Shown here one piece after another: positions 13,160 through 23,799 of a DNA stretch of 64,000 bases. Source of the stretch: Heterodontus francisci. Its lineage: Eukaryota. The stretch is taken from NCBI RefSeq assembly GCF_036365525.1, contig NC_090383.1:3269112-3333111 (forward strand), given 5' to 3'. Under the pieces are notes generated by a model. The model was given only the letters and a program-made list of their open reading frames with translations. It was not told the origin of the DNA and searched no databases. Each line of letters begins with the position of its first letter. Position 1 is the first letter of the stretch. Both the position numbers and the translations under genes were made by a program.

Positions 13160-13510
13160 GACTGCCTATTTACACCTCCATAATATCGCTCTCCTTGGGA
13201 GCCTTTCACATTCAACTATTCCAACCCTCTCCTGGCTGGCTTCTCCATCTTCCAGACTTCGTAAACCAACTCACAGAATAATACAGTGCAGAAGAGGCCC
13301 TTCAGTCCATCGAATCTGCACCCTTGCATTAAAGACACCTGACCTGTCTACCTAATCCCATTTGCCAGCACTTGGCCCATAGCCTTGAATGTTCTGACGT
13401 GCCGTGCTCATCTAGAACTTTCCCTGTGTGCTATCCACTTATCCATCAACCCTGTTCCTGCTGGCCTACCTTAGCTCCATGTCCTCCAACATGTCAATTA
13501 ACATTTTTAT
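13160..13510. mobile_element. L2 fragment (+) interrupted by a CR1 3' tail (-, about 13272-13410)
   Basis: aactattccaaccctctcctggctggc (L2-like) flanks cagaataatacagtgcagaagaggcccttcagtccatcg (reverse CR1 tail). Confidence 0.55.
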
Positions 13511-14798
13511 TCTGTACTTGGATCCTTCCTGAAGCTCTCAGTTAATGGCAGAAACATTGAGCAGGCTGTAGTCCTAATTTGTGGCTCTGATGTAATGTTG
13601 CCTTCTGAGACTATTTACTTATTCTGAGGAAAACTTTCAGAATAGAATTATAACTACTTAAAAAAAAAATCCACTTGTCTGTTTCATGCTTTTCTAACAT
13701 TACCTTTACTGTGGGATGCACAGGGTGTAGGAGTATATAAGCTGGAAACCAAAGCCCTTCTGTTATAAGTTAATGTTATTATCTCTATCCACTTTACCAA
13801 TTGAAGTAAAACTTTGGGAATTATTTGTCTTCTATGTAACTACCCTGCAAGCATCCTGTCCCCTCAGACCAGTTTGCAGTCAATATCCGTTATTAAATAG
13901 AAGTTTTCATTAGTTTTGTACTGCCAAACAGCTGGCTATCTTCCTTTAGTTAATGCACATTTTAATGGATTTTGAAGAACCCTTCATTGTAATATTTCCA
14001 TTTGTACTTTTTTGTGGTTCTCAAGTGGATGAAAAATCAAATGTTTTTGGTATTTTTGATACTTTTGGTGTACTTGGATGTCTCCTTACACAGTTTTCTT
14101 TCTGTTCTACACTTTTTTGTTGAGCATGATTTCATTGGCAATGTCTGTCTCCTTGTCTCTTAGCTACCCATTTTTCATGTGTAACTCTAGGAGGTGAGTG
14201 CCTACGTGATTCTGATCCCTACTTTCTTTCATCTGACAGTTTATACATTTTCCAGAAGAGACCACAGTTAGTTACCAGGAGTGGGACCTGCCTGGGTTTT
14301 TTCTCCTTCACTAGCCTTGGGGCACTGATTGTCATATTTAACACCAAGATTGTAACCTGCACGACCTAGGGAGCAACCCTTAGAACTTGATGGGTACAAA
14401 ACCTGTTTTAATCAAATGCTGAACATTCATTGTAGAACTATTATTACTAACACACAATTTCAAGACCGCATTAAAAAAACATATTTGATATTGTTCAAGA
14501 ATAGTTAAAAGTGAATTTGAGTTGTTCTGAGATGTTTCCCCTCTTCAGCTAACATAATGATAGTGAGTCTGTTAATGTTAAAATGAGATATGAACGCTCA
14601 AGACCAATTTGAAGAATTATGCAAGATTTCACATTTTAAGACATTTATTATAACAGCTAGAATAAAAGAAATCCCCATTGATTAAATACCACTTATGTGT
14701 AGCTGATACCCTCAAATTACAAAGAAAGGTATTTTCTTTACTTAAAAATTCAAAGCCTCACGCTTTCCACAGTCCTCTTTGGTGAAATCTTTCCAGTT

Positions 14799-15818
14799 AT
14801 GAGCAAGCAAATTGTACCACAACACAGTACAAACTCAACTGTTGCCTAACACAATAGAACAGGGAAGAAGTTTCGACCGGTCGTAATAAGGTGAGTCTGT
14901 TACAAACGCTGGACTTTTTAACATGATTTATGTTGTAAAAACTGCAATTTTTAAAAGTTTAAGATAGAGTCAGAGAAGTCAGGTGAGCTCACATCCACTC
15001 TGCTTAAAGACAAGACAAAAATCTTGGTTACCAGTTCAATAGGTTGGATTTCCCAGACCTTTCTCAAAGTCAGTGCCCTCTTTGCTCACTACTCCAAGCA
15101 CTTTTGATCTGGACGTCCATCAATAAGGCGGTTCCTGTTGGTCTTTTACTTCTCTGCATACCTCACCTTTCAAAACAGGTCCAAGTCTTTGCAGCCTTTC
15201 ACTATCAGTTTTTCTGAGAGCAGGTGTTCTCTCCCTTGAGGCTGCCACTGCTGGTTGTCTTCCTTACAGCCTGTTCTGAGGCTGCAACTGCTGGGCTCCT
15301 TTCCTACAGCCTGTCTGCCTTCAGAAAATCTGTTGAATTCATTTGGAATCAAAAGTCAATAACTCATTGTCCTTTTCCAATATGCAAAGTGCATCAGTCT
15401 GGCTTCAGCAGAGCCACCTGGGCTTTTCATTGTTTTCAGGTGTTTGTAGCTGCCATGCACATTTACATTCTCAATCACTGACTCCTTTTTCACGATCTGA
15501 AAAATCTGGGGCAGGTAAAACCCATTGTTCTTCAGGTGTTATAGTCTTGTAGTTTTTGCTTTTCAAACAGGTCTTTGATCTGGGACCTTTGTCCTGGTAA
15601 CCAAAATTTCTGTCTTGTCTAAGCAGAGTGGAAGTGAGGTCACCTGACTTTTCCGACTCCATCTTAAACTTTTAAAAATCACAGTTTTAAAAACATAATC
15701 GTGTTACAAAGTCCCGTGTTCATAACACTCACATTACTACAGGTCTAAACTTTATCCCTGTCCTATTGTGTTAGGCAACAGTTGTGTTTGTACTGTGTTG
15801 TACTACTTGCTTGCTCAT
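14799..15818. mobile_element. About 1-kb element with long (~230 bp) imperfect inverted repeats; MITE/foldback-like
   Basis: 14799-15034 (atgagcaagc...cttggttaccag) is the diverged reverse complement of 15594-15818 (ctggtaacc...gcttgctcat). No recognisable coding sequence in the core. Confidence 0.75.
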
Positions 15819-16099
15819 GCCAGTGAAGTCATTTCTGTTTAATCATTAAATAACAAATTGCTTTCAATGCTGTGGATAAGACTCTGAAGTGTTTACAGTC
15901 CTGTCTCATCCAGTTTAACCAGTCAAAATAGCTTAAAGCTGCTTCATGTGGTTATTAAAACAACTGTAATTAACATTGCTTTCAAAGGATGAAGACAGGC
16001 CAGGAATTTACCTAATTGCTATGTAGGTGAACACAGGAACTGGTGTAACTACAACCCATAAAGGGAATGCTTAGAATGTCAAAATAATGATGATGGATT

Positions 16100-19085
16100 C
16101 TCCCGTTGCTTTGATGGATGAGTGTTCAGCAGGGAGCTTGGTTGGTGTCATCTCGTATGTGAAGTTAAACCAAATCTTGATTTGCAGATCCCATTGCGGA
16201 TATTACATAGGAAATCACTATTGGAGGGGTGGGTGAAGGCACTGGCTTTGCAATGTGCTCGCTCGTCCAGTAGGGTCCTGACTGTTCTCAAATGTTGAGA
16301 GTTTGATGATAAAGACTTCTCCATTTGGATGTCCATGGTTGTTTTTTTTCCCCATGTAGTGTGTCCAACTTACAGGTTTTGGTCCAATCTGCACCTTCTC
16401 CTTTGTTATCTCTTGCCCAACCCCCACCTCACTTGTTTATAATCTGTGACTTTTCTAATATTTGTCAGTTCCGAAGAAGGGTCACTGACCCGAAACGTTA
16501 ACTCTGCTTCTCTTTCCACAGATGCTGCCAGACCTGCTGAGTGAATCCAGCATTTCTTGTTTTTGTTTCAGATTTCCAGCATCCGCAGTATTTTGCTTTT
16601 ATTACAGGTTTTGAGAATGGCTTTCGGAATGACTTTGTATCTAAGTTTGGAACATCCTATGGTGTGGATTCCCATGCTCAGCTGTCTGTAGAATACCGCC
16701 TTTGGTGTGCAGAAATCCTTTGTGCAAGCCATAGGGGCGACCCTGTGAAGCTGAGCTCTGATGAGTACCTTGCAAGAACTTCTGTGTCCTGCCACTTGAT
16801 GTTGCAGATAGATCTTAAGCAGCGAATGTGGAATGCATTTAGTTGCTTTATGTGATGCTGGTAGGTTGTCCATGCCTCATAGCTATAGAGAAGTGATGTG
16901 AGAACCACTGCCTGGTAGACTTTGATCCGAGACAGTCTCCATGCTCTCTCCAAAGCCTGTGGATGAGCCTGCCGAATGCTGAGCTTGCTTTTGGCGGACG
17001 ATGTGCAATTTCATCATCCAATGTGATGATATTGAAGAGGATACGGCCAAGATAGCAGAACTTCTGAACTGAGTTGAGGGGTGTATTGTTGATGGTGACT
17101 ATGGGTCTTGGAGTTTATGACCAGGGGCAGGTTGGTACAAGATCTGTATTTTTTCAGACTTATTGAGACTGAAACGTTCTGAGGCTTGGGCAAAGCAGTC
17201 AACAGGCAGCGGGATGTCCTCCGTTGTGTGTGCTATGAGAGCACAGTTGTTGGCAAATAAGAGTTCACTTGCTAGCTGTTCTTTGATCTTTGTGCGAGCC
17301 TTGAGCCTTTGTCGATTGGAGAAGTTGCCAACTGTCCTGAGCTGAATGTGCACTCCTATGTCGAGATCTTTGAGTTCAGACAAGAACATGGCTTAAAAAG
17401 TAGATTGCAAACAGAACTGCCTTGCTTGGTGCCATCAGTGACAGGAAAGACATCTGATAAGGCACCATACTGCATCACACTGGCCATCATGAAATGAGCA
17501 GATGACCCTGATCATTTTTTAGGCCAGCCATATTTGTACAGCACCTTCTACAGGCCTTCACAGTTTACTGTGTCGAAGGCCTTCATCGGGTCAACAAACA
17601 CCATGTGGAGGTCCTTGTTCATGGGACATTTCTCGAATTTGACACACTGCCAAGATTATGTGGAATGTTGCTCGTCCAGCACGAAAGCTGTACTGTGAAT
17701 CTGGGTACACCAAGTCTGTAAGATGAATGAGAATAACACTGCACGTATTTTTCCAGCTTTGGGGGAAGTGAAATTCCGTGGTGATTATCACCTGTTTGTC
17801 CAGGTGAATTATGGAAACATCCTTGTAATCTTGGGCACAATGCCCTGGTTCCAGATTAAGAAAAGGCTAGTGAGTTTCCTAACCACGTGAGCTCCTCTGT
17901 CAAATACTGCAGTGGAAAACCATCGGCTCCTGGAGATTTACCCACAGACTTTATGGCCTTGGTGACTTCAACTAGAGATGGATCGAGGACAAGTTCATCC
18001 AGAATGTGATGCTGTGGAAGTGATTCAATTATGCATCACACACTGTGGATTCTTAGTTCAGGAGATTGTTAAAATGCTGTGCCTAATGAAAGAGAATCTC
18101 ATGCCTGTTCATTAGGAGCTGATTGCCATCTGCTGAGAGGACGGGTATTGTACTGTTGGTTTTGGGGCCATCAACCGATCAGAGACCTTCATGGACAGCC
18201 TGCAGGTCATGCTTATTGGCAGCTTCCTAAAGCTCTGCAGCCTTGTTCTCCCACCATTGGTTCTTCATCTCTCTCAGTTTGGCCTGTGCCGTGTGTTTTG
18301 CTTGATGGTATCTGGCTTTTCTTGCTGGTGATTTTTTTTTTTGTCAGATATATAGGATCTGTGAGTGTTGTGTACATCATCCAGTAGCTTGACTATATCT
18401 TGGTCGTTCTTGTAGCAATCCGTTTGATGCTTCTTGGTACTTCTCTTTGAATATCCAAGGACCTCAGATGCTGTGCTATGAGTGACATCCCCTAACTTCT
18501 TCCAAGAATCTTCAATGTCTGTTAGTTTTTTCTGGGATGCCAGTAAGCTCTACAGCTATCTATTGTTCCAGTTCCTCTCTCTCTTGGCCGAGTCTTTTAG
18601 GATAGTTATGTCAAGCTTCCTTTGTGGTTTGACTCTGTCATTGTGCTTCAGGTATTATCTTCAAGGACATGATGGTCCTGACAAGCCAATGGTCTGACCA
18701 GCATTCAGCACCTCTAAGGCAGCGAGCGGGTAGAGCACGTGTCCTTGAGGTCTCTCTGTTGTACAATAATATAGTCCAACATGTGCCAATGTTTAGATCT
18801 AGGGTGTATCCATGTTGATTTCAATTTATCAGCGTGTTACAAGGTTGTGATAGTGAGGGCACACTCCCTGCACTTAGAGAGAAGAAGCTGGCTGTTTAAG
18901 TTGACTCTATCAATGCCATGGTGCCCCAGTACTCTCCTCCATGTATTAGTGTCTGTGCCAACACAGGCATTGAAATCCCCAAGGATCATGAGTTTGTCCT
19001 GGTGTGGTACTCTAATGATCCCGCTGAGATCGTCGTAGAATGCTTCTTTGACCTCGTCTGTGTGTATCATTGTTGTCATTTCTCT
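16100..19085 (-). mobile_element. Old degenerate RTE-clade LINE
   Basis: Minus-strand remnants: APE (VKEAFYDDL...ILGDFNACVG), RT (ELLFANNCAL), KVYQAVVLTSLLYSYEAWT, FHIRCLRSICNIKWQD and C-terminal ICKSRFGLTSHTR. Confidence 0.88.
16382..16601 (+). mobile_element. Penelope-like pseudo-LTR fragment with hammerhead-like motif, inserted in the RTE
   Basis: 12-bp TSD TTACAGGTTTTG at 16370-16381 and 16602-16613. Contains agtt-CCGAAGA-a-gggtc-act-gaccc-GAAA-cgtt-aact at 16467-16503. Confidence 0.75.
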
Positions 19086-22033
19086 CCGAATACTCCTGCC
19101 CCATGTGATCTTCGTTCTCCTTTCATTTGTTTAGAAATCCCCACCCCGCCATAAACGTGGGCTTATGATTGAAGACTAAACATTCCAAAATGACCTCTTG
19201 TGGATCACATTTGGAGCAAGTTGCAACATCGTTACAAAATAATTATAAGGATAACATTCCCATTGCCCTAACAAAAACAGTTTCCAAAATTTGTTCAGTT
19301 TTTGATGAATGGGAAAAGCTTTAGGATGTACTCAACTCTGATCTGTGTATCCATAGAGTTTAAATTTGGTAAAAACGATCCTGTTTGGTCACAATGAAAT
19401 TGTACTCCACCTCACCCATTCCTACCAGCATTTTCAATCCCTTGTCAATACCTTTGAGTTTCCACATTATAAACATGCATCAAGGAAAGAAATCTACTTC
19501 AGTGTTCTCCAGTTGCTTTGTTTGTTACAGTATATTTGCCCCACAAGTTGTACTGTGTTGAATACATTCCAATCATATTCTTGAGTGACACCTTTGTTCT
19601 GCAAACAGGTTTTGCCTCTATTTTTCTTTCTTTATACAGTGGACCATGGAGTCTGGTTCAATGTATGTCACCACCTACCTAATAACTCGACAAACCGCTT
19701 AAGAGTTGGATGTGTGAAAAGGTTGTGGAATGGCTGCTGATCCTGTATGAAGTATGATGGAGACTACGGAGAATGTATCCTTTGGGTGGCTTGACTCTTG
19801 CTTTCTGATCTTCTCAGACAAATCATGCTACAGTCATTTTTGCTTCAATAACCAGACACCTGTAAATTTGTCCTGAATAGTAGTCAAATTTAGCAAGACT
19901 CTGATGTACCCTAGTTTTCTCAGTAGCAGGGCTACTGATGGCTCCTGTTTAGACTCTTGCTGTAGGTGTTGCAGAACTCAAGTGGCTTACTATGGTTGAG
20001 GCATTGGCTAATTGAGTAGATCATTTAATCTATTTTTCAGCTGTGAAACATTATCAAAAAGCACCAATGGTTCTCCCACTCATTTGTTCAACAGTTCTTC
20101 CCTTGCAGGTTTTTCAGTGTAATACTCTTACAAAAGTAAAAAGTATTGATAAATTTGTATAAACCATTGGTTATGTCCTAAGTACTCAGCTGTTTTGGTG
20201 CCTCAAGCTAGTGAGAACAGTAAATCTGATTACCATGAGGGGCTGAATGCTCTAGGACACTCCAGTGCGCACTAGACAGATTAGCCAAACAGCAGTGCAT
20301 AAAGTATGTGAATGATGCCGGGGGAGCTGCCTTTTTTAGTGTAAAGGGGACTGAATGAAGTGGCCACAGTGCTTTTACAAGCTGGCAATGAGTCCCAAAA
20401 TTAGCACATAATCTAGATTGTCACTTAAGTGCAATAAAAAGGGAATGTTCCTTGGTTGAAGGTTTTTTTTTGGATGAGATGTAAGACTATTATTCCTTGG
20501 ACTATTTTATCACCCTTTTTGAAAATGGCAGCAATGTTAACTTTCCAGTAAATCAGGACGTCCCCTATCACATCCCTTCTCTCTTAGCGCACGCTGCCAC
20601 TTGAGATTAATTATGGTGGGTTATTTTCATGCCTTATTCACCATGTACCTAATCTGCACATAGTGCACTGGGCAGGAACTTGGTGTGCAAGTTAATTTAA
20701 ATGTAGGTACCACAGCAGATTGGTCAGGTCTTATTCTTGCCCAATTTTGTAGACAAAGTTAGTACACCATTTCTTTTCCTGTCCTGTCTGTCTAATTCAT
20801 CGCCAGAGTTTATATCTTCAAGTTGTCAGATACATTATATCAGAACTTGTAGAACATTACAGAATGCTGCAATGAGCAACCAGTGCACTGACACCAAAGT
20901 ACAGAGGAAGAGGCCTGATTCATATAAAGACTGGGTCTATTGAACTTCTGAACCTCTGTTTATCTTCTAGGAAGATAGATAATGGCTGCAACTTGTGTTT
21001 TTTCCAGTTATTACAATTCTTCAAAAATAAATTTTAATACTTAAACACAGCTATAGTTTGTAGTTTATTTTCTGGCATCTGTTCCCATTCTTCCCCCGGT
21101 ACCACTATCCAATCCACTGTTAATCCAATGTTACTCTGGACCAACCACTAGGAAGCTGATGAATGATTGTTTAATCTGGGTAAGGAAATCTTGAATTAAA
21201 ATATGTGTTCTATCAGCTAAACATGCATTCTGATAGTACATGGATCACCCTGAATCTAATATTTTGATCATATATTTAGAGCACTTGGTATTAGGAATAA
21301 GCAATGAACGTAACTTTGAACTTTCGTTATTCTGTTGAGCTTTGAGTTGGTGATACCAGAGATGCAAGAGAAAAGTCATTGATAAAGATATTTATTTCCA
21401 CATAGTTCAAAAAAGCTGATATCAATTTCCCCCTCCCTTGCTCAGCTGCTGAAATCCTCGCCCATGCCATTAGCACCTCTAGACTTGACAATTCCAATAC
21501 ATTCCTGGCTAGCCACCAATGTTCTAACATTCCCCCCCCCCCCACCCCCTGCACCCCCCACCCCAATAAATGTGAGGTCATGCAAAACTCTGCTCGTGTC
21601 CTTACTTACACCAAATCCATTGCACCATCACTTCTGAGCTTGCTGACCTACACTGGTTCCCAATTGAGCACCATCTAGATTTTAAAATTCTCATCCTTGT
21701 TTTCAAATCCCTCCATTTTGTACCCCCTCCCTATCTCTGTAATCTCCTTCAGTCCCACAATGCTCTGAGATATCCACACTCCTCCAATTTAGTCCTCTTG
21801 CGCATCCCCCATTTTAGTTGCTTCACCATTGGCAGCCATGCTTTCAGCTGCCTCGGCCCTAAGCTCCCTAAACCCCTCCTCCTCTCTATCTCTCTCTCCT
21901 GCTTTAAGACACTCCTTAAGACCTGCCCTAACATCTCCTTACGTGGCTCAGTGTCAAAATTTATGTTTGATTATCGCTCTTGTCAAGTGCCTTGAGATAT
22001 TTTGCTATGAGTATTACAGAATACAGAGACATT

Positions 22034-22069
22034 TTGTCAAAGCTTTTCATCTTGCACTCGTCAGGACAA
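22034..22069 (-). ncRNA. Minimal type I hammerhead ribozyme motif (minus strand)
   Basis: Reverse complement reads UUGUC-CUGACGA-GU gcaag AU-GAAA-AGCUU-U-GACAA: stem I UUGUC/GACAA, core CUGANGA and GAAA, palindromic AAGCUU stem III. Confidence 0.72.
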
Positions 22070-22130
22070 TTCACAAGAATACTAATGTAAGGGAAAGCAA
22101 CAAATCACCTTACATTGGTATTCTTGTGAA

Positions 22131-22166
22131 TTGTCCTGATGAGTGCAAGATGAAAAGCTTTGACAA
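22131..22166 (+). ncRNA. Minimal type I hammerhead ribozyme motif (plus strand)
   Basis: UUGUC-CUGAUGA-GU gcaag AU-GAAA-AGCUU-U-GACAA, the same architecture as the minus-strand copy. Confidence 0.75.
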
Positions 22167-22237
22167 AATGTCTGTTTTCAGCACTACTCAAGTTCTGTAC
22201 TACCAAACGACTACATTTTACTATGTTAAAGGTGCTA

Positions 22238-22295
22238 CTGACCACCTCCAGGCGCGTATCCATTGTCTCTCGAGATAAGGAGGCCCAAAAGAAAG
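22238..22295 (+). mobile_element. 58-bp 3' tip of a young RTE LINE
   Basis: Identical by eye to 32245-32302. 10-bp TSD AAAGGTGCTA at 22228-22237 and 22296-22305. Confidence 0.88.
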
Positions 22296-22611
22296 AAAGG
22301 TGCTATATAAATGCGAGTTGTTGTTCCTTCACTCCTGAGATATAATCCTAAGCCGACCCATCTTCCTTCCGCGTGTCAGTTTTACACATAAGCCTAGACA
22401 GTAGGTTCCAGTGGGGTTTTGTTTTCTATGGGGCCATCACACTTCTCACCTTTCCAGCAAGAGCCACTGGGTTGCACAAGGGTTAGTTACAAACTGAACA
22501 TTGCATACTCCAACCAAATCATCAGGGCAGCTTCCTGACTAGTGAAGGGTTCTTTATTCTTTCTTATGGTTTGTTTAAGTAGTTTGTTGCTACTTTGTAG
22601 CTGGATCATGA

Positions 22612-23330
22612 GAACATACATAAGAAATAGGAACGGGAGGAGACCATTCGGCCCTTCGAGCCTGCTTCACCATTCAATACGATCATGGCTGGTCTTCTAC
22701 CTCGACTTCACCTTCCCACACTCTCTACATGGCCCTTGATTCCTGATATCCAAAAAATCTATCAATCTCTCTCAATCCTGACTATAGTCAACGAATGAAT
22801 CATCACAGGCCCCTCTAATGGTCATTTACAGAGTTGGGTTGGTAGCAGATGAGAGAGAATGCAATAGTCAGCCCCTTGAATGGGAACAGAGAAACCAAAA
22901 AAAGACAAACTATTAATGTAACAATATTTCCCAGACTGTGTTGCAAACTGTATTAAGCAATAATATAATGCTTCATTTCTGATCTTTATTCTCATTGGTT
23001 GCATCTAAGTCAATCAAAAATATTCACCAAAGTGTAGGAATGAGCATCCACCGCTCTCTAGAGAATTCCAAAGATTCACAACCCTCTTTGTGAAGAAATT
23101 TCTCCTCATCTCATTCCTAAATGTCAGTCTGTTTATCCTGAGTATGTGACCTCTTGTTTTAGACTCCCTAGCCAGGGGAAGCAACCTCTCGGCATCTTCG
23201 CTCTCATGCTCTCTAAGAATTTTCTATGTTCCAGTGAGATCACCTCTCATTCTCTAAAGCTCCAGAGACTATCGGCCCGTTGTACTCAATCTCTCCTTGT
23301 AGTTCTGCCCTCTAATCCCAGGAACCTAAT
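22612..23330 (-). mobile_element. CR1 3' fragment split by about 230 bp of unrelated sequence (about 22810-23040)
   Basis: cataagaaataggaacgggaggagaccattcggcccttcgag ... resumes at agagaattccaaagattcacaaccctc. Confidence 0.7.
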
Positions 23331-23799
23331 AAATTGCAGCACAATAACCCATTGGACAAACAGCTTGAATCATTCAAATCCAAAATTAGAATTTTAAGGC
23401 CAGCTGTATTATTTGAAATGCTGCAAGTTAAAAAATGAAAAGCTTAAAAACTACATTTTCTCCATAAACTGCATTTTTTTCTCGCATCGGAATGAATTAG
23501 CAACAGATATTGATGGGAAAACATTCTTTACACCAGCTGATGTGAAGATATTTCACTTTTTGCAGTAGTTATTTGCAACTCGTATGTCTAAGCACACATC
23601 TCTTCACAGCATGTTCAGTAGTGTGATAAAACAAACCGGCTGCAAAAGGTTAAATATCCTTGCAGAATTATTTTGTTTCCTACATAATGACCTTATTGGA
23701 GACAATCTAATCTTGCTACTGGTTAGAAATGGTTATTTTTTTGTGTCTATACAGTTGTTTTAAATATTTAAGATAACTTTACGGATCAAAGTGAGGACC

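Larger units (their letters stand above)
22010..22214. mobile_element. 205-bp Penelope-like inverted pseudo-LTR cassette carrying two hammerhead motifs
   Basis: 66-bp inverted arms at 22027-22092 and 22108-22173 around a 15-bp spacer. TSD ATTTT(G/A)CTATG at 21999-22009 and 22215-22225. Confidence 0.8.
21440..22325 (+). mobile_element. L2 LINE 3' portion, host of two nested insertions
   Basis: acctctagacttgacaattccaat, attttaaaattctcatccttgttttcaaatcc, and terminus aaaggtgctatataaatgcgagttgttgtt. Confidence 0.8.

Noticed and set aside
21829-22278. 149-aa ORF crossing the hammerhead cassette
   Set aside because: Chance read-through across L2, Penelope and RTE fragments in non-native frames.
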